64,000 nt of DNA from positions 7,926,026-7,990,025 of the forward strand of contig JASCQW010000119.1 in assembly GCA_030264375.1 (NCBI GenBank). Direction: 5' to 3'. Positions 26,301 through 41,300 of this stretch are shown one piece after another. Position 1 is the first letter of the stretch, and every line of letters begins with the position of its first letter. The position numbers and the translations under genes were made by a program. This DNA is from Carcharhinus longimanus (taxonomy: Eukaryota). The notes beneath the pieces are model-generated. The model searched no databases. It worked only from the letters and a program-made list of their open reading frames with translations, and was not told the DNA's origin.

Positions 26301-29300
26301 TTTTTCCTAAAATCTATTTGAATTATGGAGGATCGCTGATTATCGGAACCTTTCGGGCCCGGAACCAATCTCCCACCTCATCAGAGTTCTTCATTTCGGT
26401 GGTGTTCAGACGAAGTTCCCACGTTCGTGAAGCTAGCGGGAGTCAACGCCGGAATGGAGAAGAGCGCCAACGAATTCCCCCAGGGCATGGGCACCTTAAC
26501 AGTGCCAGACTGTGAACAACTGGCAATGCCCAAAGTGCTAATGCTCAGGGGACACCTTGACATTGCCCATCGGTCATCGGGCAGTGCCAAAGAACAAAGA
26601 ACAGACACAGCCGGGGAAACAGGCCCTTCTGTCCAACGAGCCCGCCCCGCCATTTTAACATTACCAGCGCCGCACCCCCCCACCCCCCACTGCACCCATG
26701 ACCCTTATCTATTGTTTATGGCATTCCACATTGAGGGAAACTAACTTAGGGACACCTTATTACCTCCAATCAGCCTAATAACACATCTTTGGGGTGTGGG
26801 AGGGAACCGGAGCACCAGGAGAAAACCCACGCAAGCACGGGGAGAATGCGCAAACTCCCACAGACACTGGACCAAATCCATGTGTCTGCACAACAAACAG
26901 TGATAGTCATTGAGCTGTCGTGTTGCCCAGCATCTGGTCCAGTTTAAGCACACACGAACAACATGAAGCACTGGGCTACTCTCGAACATTCAAGAGCAGC
27001 CCAAGTACGACCCATCGCGTGTATGCCCCTCGTTGGACAACAAGACGGACCGACTTAAAACCTGTGAATTAAAAGAGAAAATCATTAGTATCATTCCTCA
27101 TCCTTATAGATTACCAGGGACGTCCCAATGCTAATGAACCTTATTTAAAACAATCTCCTATATCCTCCCATCTCCAACCCACTCATNNNNNNNNNNNNNN
27201 NNNNNNNNNNNNNNNNNNNNNNNNNNNNNNNNNNNNNNNNNNNNNNNNNNNNNNNNNNNNNNNNNNNNNNNNNNNNNNNNNNNNNNGCATACATCCTATC
27301 CCTAAGAATCCTCTCCATCAACTTACCTACCACTGACGTTAAGCTCACCGGCCTATAGTTACCTGGGCTATCCCTCCTACCCTTTTTAAACAACGGTACC
27401 ACGTTCGCCATCCTCCAGTCCTCTGGGACCTCACCTGTGTCCAAAGAAGAGACAAAGATTTGCTGGCCAGCAAACGGACGTTTGACGGTTTGCGGCCACT
27501 GCGTATGCGCAGAGCTCCAGAATTGTCAAGATCCAACACGCATAGGCCCCGCGCCCTGGTTATGTAATGAGATTTTCCACTGGGTACTCTTCAGTGATGG
27601 GTAATGCAGTGCATATAAAGACGCAAACATTGTATAAAAACATAAAGACAGAAAGTTTGTGTTTTTATTTGCCCTGTAAGTGAACAGAACTCCCACTTGC
27701 TTGATGAAGGATTTGCGCTCGGAAAGCTCGTGGTTTGTGCAACCAAAGAAAACTGTCGGAATTTTACCTGTTGTTGTGACACTTCTTACTCTTCAGTGAA
27801 CAGAGTGCGGAGATTTAGGTGACAAGCTGAACTGTCAGAAGTGTCGCGATCCAGAACGGGTTTTCCGCCAAATCAGCACTTCTTCATGAATCGCCCCCAT
27901 CGTTCATTCTGCTGCTGTGCGGAACTTCAATTTTGAACAAAACAGATTCAAACCTTTGGTAATGATCTGAAGATGTGACGGGTATTTACGAATATTCGGC
28001 AGCTGCTAAGCCCGGGATAAAAGTTTGCATTTATGAACGTCTGGCAGTATCTCATAGAACAAAAAAAAAGTGAATTATTCTTTTTTGACCAAGCGCCAAT
28101 CAATGTGGCCGTTCTTGCAAACAACATAATAGTATCTAAATATCACTGCATCAAATCGTTGTTTTTTTTTAAATTGTATTTCTTTCCCACAGCACTGGAT
28201 GAAAAATGTCCATCCTCCGGTAAGAAACTAACTACACACATGTTTCAATTGTCTTTATTTTTTACACACAAGCAACTGACAACCAACAACGAGGCATGGG
28301 GAACGTGAAAACATTTGCAGGCATATTATATGCATCGTATTTCATTGGTACACATAGAACTCAGCCAAACACACCGGCCGTCAGCAGAATTTATATCAAA
28401 GAGTTTAATTCGAGGCTGGCATGACATCGCGCAGGAAATTATTGTTGTTCCATACAAATTAAATCCTCGGTTGAATAATCAACATAAATGTGGGGATTAA
28501 ATGCAATCGAAATGCATTTGAGTAAATAGGGCTCGCCAAACGGCTGAAAATATAATGCCTCAGAAACAAAATTGCCACGTCCCAGCTCGTTTCATTACAA
28601 GCAGCGTTAAACAACAATGCCATATTGGTTTTCCAATATGTCATGGTGTTATTTTGAAGGAATTGATAACATCGGTGTTGTCAACTTAATATATCTAGTG
28701 GAATTGTTCTTCAACTGATATTTCGTTGTACAAAACAACACGAAAAACTGTGCGTAGTGATCACCAATCTCTGAAAAAATTTCCTTCAGGAAGTTAATGT
28801 CGGGAAGCTGGAAGACAAATCAAGCATCAATACTTAGGACAAGGGAGCTGACAAACGCTTCATCAAAAATAAATTGTCTTGCAAAGTGCATACGTTTGGG
28901 GACATAGATCTGGGATTAAAATTAGAAAGGCCAACAATTCTTCATGGCATTCAATCAGGCAGAACAGCTCATTTCGTCTCCAGAGCGTCCGTGTTCTGAG
29001 CACTCAAGAGATGATCCTCAAACCTGTTTTATTATGTGTGTAACAATGTTCCAATCTAATGCCAATATTTTCTCGTTGAAGTAATGCAGACTATTTTATA
29101 TAACCAGAATTAAATGATGTTTTTCATGGCACATTCAGTGCTTCCATGAGGATCACTTTCCGAACTATGCCTAACACTCTGGCTTGAATGCATTCATTTC
29201 TGTCTTTTTTTGAAGTGTGTCATTTACTGCAGAAATCGTGTTTACTTTTTTTGGTCTGACCTGTTAAACCTTGTTCACATTATCACTTTAATTTCGCCTG

Positions 29301-32300
29301 ACTGACGGCAAACACAATCAACTTCTCTAAGATAACGCAAAATCAGAAAAAAAAACGTAGAACCATAGCTGAAGGCCAGCACAAAAATAAACAAAACAAG
29401 TACACACACATATGTTGCCTGCACGCAACTGTACAATAAATCTGGGAAACTGCTAACGGTCATGACCTTACGACCTCATCGAATAATACATATGACTCTG
29501 GGTAACCTGTAAGCTGAAATAAATCAAGAAGTTCTTTTCCGTGACAAATTCCAAAAACATTTGACGCTGGACAATTGGACACGTTAGAATGAAATATATT
29601 CAGTGAAATTTGTGTGGAGATAAATAGACAGAGATTTAAAAAGACGAACGCGCGAGTCGTGTACTAAATTGCATGAGCCTCCAAACAGCATGTTATCCCA
29701 ATGTCCTTCTAAGTTGTTCCGTTTATGGGCATTAGATTCCTGATGTAAAATATCGCAATAGATCTCCAAAACATACATAAGAAAAAATACAGCTTAGTTA
29801 CAACGGAGTGTGAGGAAATTTGAAACAGGTTCAAGTTTTCAGAGTTGAGATAACAAATCATGAACAGTGATAGTGGATCAAAAATAGCATTAATAAGCAT
29901 TACTGCAGCTGAAACAGGATGACGGAGTTCCATAACTGGCAGGACAATTTAACTGGTTAGTTTACCTTCCAATCAGGCAAATTAAGCAAAATGGTCAAGA
30001 GACGCGCAGATGTCTTCAGGACAAAGCAACACTAGTTTTAGGGCTGGCGTTAATGTGAAGTGTTTATTGTGTTTGAATGGTCTGGTACAATGGCAAGATA
30101 GCATTCATCATTAAGCACCGAGAAAAATAAATATTATCGAGTTGCCAAGTAACATTGACGAGTAACAGTATTTGACATCATTTATTTGCATCACGCGCAG
30201 CAAAAAAAATCATATTCAATAAACAATGTTCAGGAGATCTCCAGGATGGGCCCCTTCTGATCTCAAAGTCTCTCCGGTGACAGTGGGGAAAGCCTAATTG
30301 ATTGTTGATCCGATGTTGAAGTTCAGACGTTTCGGGCGGCTATGAAATGAGTTATTTCCACTTACTAAGGACACGAGTTTCAAAAAGAAAACAAGTTCGC
30401 CAAATACAACCATTTTGTTTCCTCACTTTTTTCTGCAAGCGTTAAACGTTCTTACTTTTTTTTTGTTCCCCAGTTGCAGCAAAACAATGTACTGATTGCA
30501 CCTGCATTTGCAATTAGAGGAATTATTCTCTCAGCCCCAAATCAACGGAACCAATATATTTAATGCTCGGCGGAATTCCGAGTGGATACAATTCCTTCCT
30601 TCCTTGGGTCCCGATACATCGTGATGACATCACGAAATGTTCTCGCCCCTAATTTGCATGCAAGCTCTGCTGTGATGTCTGTCTTTGCTCAAACGGCTGA
30701 AAAGGGATATGCTATTCGTTCTCTGATGCGCTATCCCTCCAACGATGGCTAAGTACAACATGGATACTAGTCTGTACATATTATGTGGAAATAATGCGTG
30801 TTCCAAGTTTCCAAACTGTACTTTTTATTCTACTCGTTATTAGCTGAATGATCTTTAAACTTACATAATGATAGAAAACAGACAAAAAGTACTTGTGTCA
30901 TTATTCGCTGCCAGTTATCTCCTGATGAATCATAAGTTTTTTTTGTAATTTCCAAGTCTTCCATACAATGAAAACTTGAATTTTTGTTAATCTCTTTCGT
31001 TCGATCTTCCAAAAATATACTTCATCGCTACCAATAATTGGATACATTTGTAACTAATGAAAAATTGAAATTCAATTTTCCACTTGTTCTGCAAATGATA
31101 TAAGAGAAATCAAAATATGGACTGGTTTTGCATTCGCATATTCTGGAAAGATAAAGTTTCTTTTGGAAGACAACCTTCGAGTACCCTGATCCAATGGCAG
31201 ATTATTTCTTCCGGAATCTTTTTGTTTGCAACTCAGTGATTCTTCATAAAGCAAATATGAAAAGCAAACGTATTTTCCTATTTTTAAATAACGCAAAACA
31301 ACAAAAAATGCAAACTCTTGAAAAAAGTGTCAGCTCCTAATTTGCCAGTAGATCCAATTGAGGTTTAACGTGGAAAATGTCGATCCATTCAGGTATTAAT
31401 TTGGCCGTCAAATTACATTCCACCCCCCAAACCAAGTGCTAGTGCCTTTTTGAGTGAAGCCCATCGCTGTTGAGGCCAATATGCCGGTCACTTGCTGCTG
31501 CTGGTGCTATCGGACCTTTCCTTTATAGTGCCGGGATTTTCATATACTTGCTGATGCAACTGGAAGGAATTCAGTTGGCCCATTCTTTATGCTGTTTCCG
31601 CTCTCACTGTTCTCCTATTCGCCTTACCTTCATATAATCTTTGTTATCACCACTGCCGCTCTGCAGGCCTCTTTCTTGTTTCCCTCTTTCATTCTTGGCA
31701 AAGTTTTTGAAAGTTGAATTCAGATCACAATGATCAAAAGGGAATGACATTTTAAGATCCATGATGTTCAGGTGAAGCACGTGAATCGCTTATGGTCCAA
31801 AACAATAAGCGTTTTTGCAGAAAACATTTGAAAATAAATTACTTGAACGTCATGTTGCGGGAATAAAAATGTAAGTTGTCAGGCAGTAAAAGTGTTATAT
31901 AGTAACATGGGAAAAGTATGTACTTTCAAGATTGAGCTCATATTTTATTTAACAGACCAGCGAGTGATTGATCTTAAAGAAGGTAAGACCAGCAGATTAA
32001 TCCTGATAATGGGTGTTTCATTATATTGATAACAGAAGTAAAGAAACATGCCTGCAGAACTTCAAACGTTGATTGATATCCGGAACATTCAAATGGCATA
32101 TTTTCCAGACTACCAATTCGTTAAGAAACCATCCGTAAGGTTGGCACGAGCGAGTCAGTACAGAATTCGTCCTGGACGGTTGTGCGGGTCCAAGAAGCAT
32201 GAACTTTTTTTTTCTGGTTCGGGTTGTCGTGCTGGTGGTGCGGGTTGGTGGGTGGCACAACATTAGAATGGCAGCGCTGAAGGACGTGATTCGGGCAGCA

Positions 32301-35300
32301 TTGAACTTAAGAAATTATGGGGGACCTCCAATGCAGGTGAAGATCCGTTACACTATTTGTATCATTTTGGATGTTGTGATGCTGGAAAGATGTTGGGGGT
32401 GGGGTGGGGTGGGGTGGGGTGGAGAGGAGCGGTCGGTCGACGAGAATCGTGTGTGCTGGTGACACATTCGCTGTAGGGACCCTGATGGACTTAGTATGTT
32501 TTGACCTCTTCATTTCGTGGTTCGTTGGTGGCTCTTAAAGTAGTTACCCTGAAGGTATGACTTTTATTCGATCTTCTAAACTTTCCATGTAGTTATTGTT
32601 CGAAGTCAGTAATGTTCAACGAAATTATTCTATTGATTAACACGAAAATACTTTGGACACCTGACATAGACTTCATGAATTCTGACAGAAAGAAGAAAAT
32701 AAAAATCTGCCGCAGCTTGAACGTTGATCAGGCCAACATTTTTTTTTTAATGCAGCCATCAAGCGAAGGAGATATAACGTCTCTGATTGTTTGAATGTTT
32801 CAGAGGTCCCGATTGTTCAGATTGATGAGAACAATGAGCTGTGTCATCTCCAAGTCAGGAAAGCTTTTGGGGTTTATACAAGCATCATCACCTCATAACA
32901 AATGCTCAGAGCTTGTTAAAATATTTATAGATGTAATTTTTGCGCTGAACATATGTTCCTGAATTCGATGCATTTTGGATGAATTGTGGTAATGCACAGA
33001 CCAGTTTCATATCGTTTACAAGATGTATATTTATAACAGTAATAAAGCAATCAAAATTCTCAGAGAATACCGACCAACGAATTCAACAACATTGCCCTGA
33101 AGGCAGCTTTGTCCCATCAAAATAAGTCGCTTTATGCATCCCTGTGAAATGACATGGGCACATTAAGGTGAAATAATTACGGCATATTCAGAGAGGCTAA
33201 GTTTAAATTTATTATTGATGTATTATAACTACAAATATAACTCACAGTTGACACATATTAGAAAAATGCTCAAGGCTTTCTTCTTGTAGTTTATTATTAG
33301 CATTGTTTAGTTTTATTGTTTATTATTATTGTTATCCTTCTACATAATTCTAATCCTCTCAACACGAGGGAAAAATAGCAGCAGTTTGCTCCATCTACAA
33401 GGTTAAATGCAGCACCATACGAAGCCTATTAGACAGTACCTTCCAAAACCAAGATCACTACACACTATCAAGACAAGAACATCAGCTGCCTGAGGACATC
33501 AACAACTGGAACTTTGTCTGCATGTCACTCATTGTTCAGACATGAAATATGTATTGCCGTTCCTTCCCTGTCGCTCTTTCCGGTTATGAACCTCCTCCTC
33601 TAGCCGCACGTTGAGTTTATCTGCACCTCAGAAATGGTTGCAAAAACAGCTCTCCATCACTTTCTCCTGGTCAACTGAGGATTCGGAATGAATGTTGGTT
33701 TTGCGAACTCTGAGCATATCTCCGTTATTGAATAGCATTGGAACAATATATAAAGTCAAGGTTAACAACCGTTTGCTGGTTTTGTTCCAGTGAACATAAG
33801 TCGGGAAATTGCACCAATTAAAAACAAAACACGAAAACATCGAGTAGCCTTCCTTCATCCTGCATTTCAGTATTTGCCAGGAACAAGGAGGTTGTTGTCG
33901 AATAATGCTCGTTCCGTAAAATTATCTGTTCAAATTTGATGCCAAACATTTGTAAAGTTAGATATATCTATCTCCGATATACTTGAAGAAGATCACATGC
34001 ACTTTTTTTTTCATTTTGAATATCCAAGCTTTGAATCTGAACACAGCGCTTTGGGGGGGGGGNNNNNNNNNNAACACAGCGATTTCCCCCCCCCCGCCCC
34101 CCCATCTGGCCAAGTACGTGCTCAGCCAATTATTGTACTTGCAGTGTGGGAAACTCTAAATTAAATCATTGATTGCAACTGAAGTGTTATAAATGAAATA
34201 TTCGATCAAAGATGACATCGTACACTGTTGAGGGCACATAACACAACGGCCGAAACTGTTAATGTTACATACGTCTGACGCTTTCATCGGCTGACGCTCT
34301 GTTAGCAGTGCCATTGAACATTTCTTTGTAAACTTGTTCTATCTGTAAATTAGACACCGCTTTCAATGACATTAAAGCATTCGCCGACTGAAAGTCAACA
34401 CAAATTGATGGCCTGGGAGTTAAAATGAAACACTCTGGGTGAAATAATCTTCTGTTTGGCAAAACGACAACAAGCTTCGAAAAATCTTGACTTTCCACTG
34501 GTGGCAATTTTTATAAGCGGCAAGGTATGTTATGCGGCAGCATACTTAGACAATTGAAAAACAAAATTCTTAATGAGGCATTCCATTAATTCTGTCGTTG
34601 TGTGGGTGTGTGTGTGTGTGTGATATGTTGCAGGAATCTGTGTACATCAACAAGTGCCACCAACTGCGTGCGTGTTCTTCATTGAACGTCATTTCACTTG
34701 CCACCTCAACACGGAGGGGAATGGCAAAGCCCCCGCGCATCCAGAGAGTGGAGGTAATGGAGGTAATACAGCTCCATGTTTCGAGGACATCCTTCCTCAA
34801 GATTCTGAGAGATTGCAATCTATTATCTACCCTGTTATGGTAATTGTTTATGGCGGAGCAAGGATGCGGCGCCACCACAAATCAGCCACCAGTACCGCAA
34901 CCCCCCCCNNNNNNNNNNNNNNNNNNNNNNNNNNNNNNNNNNNNNNNNNNNNNNNNNNNNNNNNNNNNNNNNNNNNNNNNNNNNNNNNNNNNNNNNNNNN
35001 NNNNNNNNNNNNNNNNNNNNNNNNNNNNNNNNNNNNNNNNNNNNNNNNNNNNNNNNNNNNNNNNNNNNNNNNNNNNNNNNNNNNNNNNNNNNNNNNNNNN
35101 NNNNNNNNNNNNNNNNNNNNNNNNNNNNNNNNNNNNNNNNNNNNNNNNNNNNNNNNNNNNNNNNNNNNNNNNNNNNNNNNNNNNNNNNNNNNNNNNNNNN
35201 NNNNNNNNNNNNNNNNNNNNNNNNNNNNNNNNNNNNNNNNNNNNNNNNNNNNNNNNNNNNNNNNNNNNNNNNNNNNNNNNNNNNNNNNNNNNNNNNNNNN

Positions 35301-38300
35301 NNNNNNNNNNNNNNNNNNNNNNNNNNNNNNNNNNNNNNNNNNNNNNNNNNNNNNNNNNNNNNNNNNNNNNNNNNNNNNNNNNNNNNNNNNNNNNNNNNNN
35401 NNNNNNNNNNNNNNNNNNNNNNNNNNNNNNNNNNNNNNNNNNNNNNNNNNNNNNNNNNNNNNNNNNNNNNNNNNNNNNNNNNNNNNNNNNNNNNNNNNNN
35501 NNNNNNNNNNNNNNNNNNNNNNNNNNNNNNNNNNNNCACTAGGCCCCGATGCTGCAGAGGACAAGCGCCAATGCCATCTCACACCACAGCGCATGCCATC
35601 TAAATATCGGCCTTCTCCCTTTATGTTTTTGTCATACACGGGTAGAATAACATAAGACGAAGGATAGAAAGGCGAGGAATATTTAATATTCACAGATTTA
35701 CCACTCACATTTCTTATCACATTTGGACAACAATGTTCTTATTGGATCTCAGAATAAAATGTTTCTTAAGCAGTTGCGTACATCTGAGTCAAAATAAAGT
35801 CCAAAAGGCAACACACTGAACATTCCAATCATATTTTATCCATTCAAACAGCTCATTTTCGACATTCCTTCGTACTGATGCAGCACATCACAGAGATAAT
35901 GGGTCGCCTAGATAATGGACCCCCGCCCCCCGCCACACACACACAAACACACACACACAAACACACATACACACACACACACACAAACACACACTGTAGT
36001 CATGTCCACCAGTGAAGGGATTTGGGACTCATCACATCATTCGGACTCTTCTCCAAACAATGTCTCTGTTAGCGGTGCCATTGAACATCGTACTGCGTGT
36101 AATTATTGTAGCTGTCTGCTACTGGTGAGTTTTTATTTTAATGCACAATGTTGATAAAATGCCCACGTCATTGGGGGTTCGCCATCTGTCACTCAGAAAC
36201 TCAGAGTTATTCACCTCACGGTGCCTCTTCACCATTACTCTGCAATGTTTTGAGAATGGAACAACTACATAACTCCCACGACATGAACCTCAGAATCCAT
36301 GACTGTGCTTTGTTACTAAAAGTCAGAAAAACAACAACTCTCAAGTTATAGCTTTCCAGTGGTCAACATATTCCCAATCACAGAAGACGGGTGATGCTAA
36401 AATTCGAAAACATACCTCCATCTATGTTCTCCCTTAGAAAAGACAGATGTTCAGCCAGATGGATGTTTTTTGTCTCTCTGTAACTCATCACTGTTTTGTC
36501 CTCATTGGTCATCTCTACATCCTGCTCATCAGGGGACCTGGGCCAAATATTCAGGAGCGGATCAGACAGCGGCTTATTCTGGTTGACGTATGTGGCTGTG
36601 TTTGGAGCAGCACCAAACGAGAATGTGCGAGATCCTCCCCACACTCTTTTTGCGCGCTGCACTGCCGCGTACCCCCAACACCCGCGATGCGGTTTCGCCC
36701 GATATCACAAACAAATACTTTTCGCTATTGCCTTCGTACAAATCTGCCGTTGCTCACTCTGTATTGAACCTTGAATTACTGAAACCTGCTCCAATTGAAT
36801 TGTGATGTCTCCATCATCACTATTATTCTGTTGGAATTTCACTTCTGAACGCCTCTGAAACATATTACTCTCGGATCTCGTTGTAATGATTTGCACGCAG
36901 GAATGCATCTTGTGGATAAAACAAATAAATTATGCAATTTATCCATCTCTAACCGTCAGTTCTGACGCAGTCATTTCTTAGTTTACCTTGGCGAAATTAC
37001 AGTCACAGTTGAAAGGAGGAAGACAAAACGGATTCGGCATGCTTTAGTATCACATAACGCAGCAAAAATAACCAGGCTTTCAGGATTCGGATGTGTATCG
37101 ATTTTGTTTTTTGTTTGTTTGTTTTCCCATAATCACAGTCATGACAATACACCACAATGTGATTTCTTTCTGGATTGATGCTCTTCGCGATTATGAGTTG
37201 CGAGATTAATGCTCTTTCATGAAAAAAGAACAGTTACCCACGTTTCAAATTAATTCAAAACATTTTTCGCATTAAATTGTTCGAGACTTCCTGGAGTAAC
37301 AATGGAAGAATATTTTCATTCAGGATTGAAATTTTGCTGAATACTTTGAATTTCCGTTTTCAGAAAATACCCGGCTGCAAAATGGACTAAAGAATGCTAG
37401 TATGAAAAATTTTCATTGTATATGCTGTTCTTGTAATTAAGAGGGCAAATGAGTTTCCGACCAGTTTGAGGTTGTGTTGGCTGTTATTCCATTTAGCGCT
37501 CAATTTAATGAAACATCAATCAGGCAGTAAAATGTGTTTTAGATGATATCCAGTCACTTTATATGAAATATAATCCATCAATTTACTCCAAATTTGCCAA
37601 CTCTCAGTCCATTTGTGTCTTGAGATTTTCCCTTTGAAAGAGAAAAAAAAACGTATTTTTTTTTCCCCCACGAAATTTGGATCTATTCTTTTTGTTGAGC
37701 CGATCCTTCGAACAAAGGTAATCGTTGTATATACCTTACACAATTGAACACATAATTTTGCCTGATATGAAGCATGCGAAGATAAAATTATTGCACGGAA
37801 TAATGGCCCTGCTTCAATTCGAAGTCTCTGTTTTTTTTGTGCGTTTGTGAATGGGTGCATGCATCTTTGCAGCCGAAATCAATTTCTTGCCATACAGATG
37901 TCTCTTGTGTTTTAGTGTTCAATGTCGTGCTGAGGTGTAGTCTCGAAAGAGAAAAAGTGAATGGATTCACTTGTGGTGCACAACATTCATCCAGGGATAA
38001 TATTTCAAATCACTTGCAATTAAATGTGAGTTCTACCAAATACTGACAGGCGCAAACATACGAATTTGGAGGTCGATGCATTGCCTGTTATTCACGCGAG
38101 CATCACTCACGCAATTGGAATGGAAATGAACTCATGAATTACCTCTGGGAGGTACTGATAAAAGTAACACTGGCAGCCAGGCCTTTTTTTCTCTCACGTA
38201 GCGGATTCACCGCTGCAATTACGAAGCGCTGACAGTTCAAAAGCAAATACTAACATTTTATTAGTTGCAGAAATGTGTAAAGTGATTTAAAAAATTAGTT

Positions 38301-41300
38301 CCCTTTATTTTAATTTTCTGTCTTGGTTTCTTGCTATTTGTACATTATCCATTAAAATGTATTCCAGCATTTGAAAATAGATATCTGCGTTGTGTTTTTG
38401 GTGCAAAAACGGCCAATAAAATTTCGAAAATCGATTACAATGAGCACACAATTTTTTGTTTAAAATCTATGTTGAATAGCCTTGTGATGGTGATAGGACA
38501 TTCCGTGATTAGTATAATTTAATTTTGTTTCATGATTATAAATGCTTGACATTGTGTTCCGAACCACAAGGCGATTAAAAACATCTCACTTGTGTTTTTT
38601 TTTCTGCGCCTCTGTGTGCCTAAAATGCTGAAAATAATATGCATTCTTTTTGATCGTTAAGATTACTTTGTGGTGCAAAGTATCTAATTCAGTTGGAACA
38701 CCTCTCTCGCAGACGATAAACTTAAACAGGTGCAGCAAGGTAATCAGAACAATATGAATGTACTATCAGAGGTGATAATATCGTAACTTATATATTGTTT
38801 GACTCTTGCAAATGCTAACTGTCTGAAATACAAAACACTTCATACATGTGCAGGGAAAAAAAAGGCAAAATGGAACTTGACGGAATGTTGCTAGGAAGGT
38901 TAACGATTATACTGGAAAATGCATGAGTGGAAAACATTGATCTTTATACCCTATCAATGTGTAGCCAGGTTTGTGTGCAATTATCTTTACTTTAATTCCG
39001 GCTTAATGTTTCGTGGAGCAATAGTCTTCAAAATGTACGCTGGATATTTAATATTCCGCACACACAGCGAGTTCCAAGTCGAATTCAAATGATTAAGCTG
39101 CTACCCGAATACTTCCATTCCTTTGATAAATTGACCAATAAATGTGCCACAACATTTGCAATCACACTAATTGGCCGAAGGACATGTTCTGTGCTGTAAA
39201 ATTATAACAGTGTATTACGCCATATGCGCACTGCATGAAGTCCAGCGCCGGAGAAATTGGATCAGAAGAAAATTTGCTTAAACCTATCAGAGGGGAATAC
39301 GTCAACATTCACATTTGCTGAAGTCACAACAGCATACGCAAAGCTTTGTTAATCAGTCACAAGAATAAATGAAGTTATACTGTACATATTGTCATAAAAT
39401 GTGACAAAGGGAAATGCATTTAACAAGATTAACAACAACTGTTGTGCTGAGACATATGTATGGCTCTCATGTATGACTACCAACACGCCATAGTATCACA
39501 GTAATCTTTTTGCGTATTTTCCTTTAGTTAGAGTAGGAAAATTGAAAACTCGGATGTCACATTACCTGCGCGTCAGAAGTTTGTGACCCCATGTGAATTT
39601 TTTGCAAACATCTTAGAGATGTCGACCGAATGTACAACATTCTGGCATTAGAACCGCTTAGAGATTAGTGTCCGGCACCATTAATTAGTTGCAAAGGTTG
39701 CCGCGAGCGGAAAGTCCTCGCATGATAGGCGTGCACGAACGAATAATTGATCATCGCAGTCAGGAAGGCTAACGCCCATTAGACCGTTTGATTTAAATGT
39801 CTAATTGCATATCTCAGTTGAGCTCAAATTGAAAGGGCGGCAATATCAACGATCCATCGCTGAAGAAAATATACACAATACAGTAAAACGATAAGGAAGG
39901 ACTTCGTCTAACAAAAAAGATTGGGAACCAAGAACAGTCTCCGGCTGGAGGATGGAACTATTCCGTAACAATTAACTTGGATTTTAACGTGCGTTCCGAT
40001 GTCTTCCAATAGTTCAGCCAGGCATTCATAAGAGCTTAATCCATGTTTTCATCAAAATATTACTTACGAGTTTTCCAAAACTGCAAGAGAGACCAATGCG
40101 GCTGCTTTTGCATCCCAAACAAACAGTTGCGTGGGCTCGTCACTTGATCATGATGAAATAAATTTCGGATTATCTCATGAAGCATAATCTTCTTCCACAG
40201 AATAAATTCATCATTAGTCCCCTCGTTTTGACACAAAACGCACCTGATGGAACAGAAATGTTGTTCATCTCCGTTGGTTAAACAGCTAAGAGTGAGTCGA
40301 AGGATGAACTGTTATTTTTAGGCATAGAAAGCAGGATGATAAAAAAAGACAGGAAAGCAGAAAAGCTGAGAATGAGAAAGGTTGTCAGCAATTTGAAAGA
40401 ACAGTGACAATGGAGTCACTCAGGAGGAGAAGAAGCAACTTTGTGTGAAACTATCGTCACTGAATCTGTCACTAACTTTTGTAACTCATATCTTGACTCA
40501 CCAACACCTATCCACCATTTAACAGAGCACATTTTAGGAATTGTATGGATTAGTCTCAATTTGCCGCACGAGTGCACGTCTAAACATGTTCCGCAAATTT
40601 GAAAACTACCGCCACAAATCGGCATATTTATTCGCACACCTTGCTCAAAGAATAAGTTTGTTCGACACGACGGAACACTGTTCGATGTGTGCTCTGTCTA
40701 TTTGAAATATTTCGGAAACGTAACAACGTTTCATCAGACACAGAAACAAAAAATGGTGGAAACTCTCACCAGTTTTGATAGCATCACTGGAGACCCAACA
40801 GATCCAAGGTTTCGATTCAGAAATTGAAGAAAACCAGGAAACGTCAGACTACAGTCTTTTTTTTGTGGGGGGTGGGGGGCGGCGGTGCGGGCAGGAGGAT
40901 GCGTTTNNNNNNNNNNNNNNNNNNNNNNNNNNNNNNNNNNNNNNNNNNNNNNNNNNNNNNNNNNNNNNNNNNNNNNNNNNNNNNNNNNNNNNNNAATGTA
41001 AGTGTTATAATGAAGGTTGACAAACGTGCTCTAAGCGCCCAACAAGTGATCTGAATATGCAAATGGCGGAACGGAGGATCAGATTGTAAGTGGACTAACA
41101 TAAATGTGGCAGTATCCTGAAAAGTGGGCGTGGGGGAGGGGGGGGGGTGGCGTCAGGGGATCGGAGGGCAGGTGTGTTGGAAACAATGTGGAGAAAGGCA
41201 TTTGCGAAGAGGAATCATGGAAATAAAATTGAAAAGTGGCAAACCTGAATAGATGCAATTAAATTTTGAAAGGAAAAAGGAAATCAGATGAATTGCAATG

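Larger units (their letters stand above)
19850..32210 (+). repeat. Intragenic segmental duplication, copy 1 (five-exon cassette)
   Basis: Collinear diverged similarity to ~36680-47710, e.g. caattgaa(a)acataattttgcctgatat at 21111/37741 and gtga(t/c)caccaatctctgaaaaaa at 28757/44365. Confidence 0.9.

Noticed and set aside
30184-30660. ATTTGCAT octamers suggesting an Ig promoter
   Set aside because: No leader or V exon or RSS follows, and the 30652 motif is not conserved in duplication copy 2. CACAGTG heptamers at ~44723 and ~45761 lack spaced nonamers.
34501-34524. 24-nt segment GGNFYKRQ before aag|gtatgt
   Set aside because: Preceded by ctg, not AG; at best a dead exon.
36073-36124. Hydrophobic exon-like segment (LNIVLRVIIVAVCY) ending at gtgagt
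   Set aside because: 52 or 13 nt depending on the acceptor, so not 3n; no ATG; no counterpart in the duplicated cassette.
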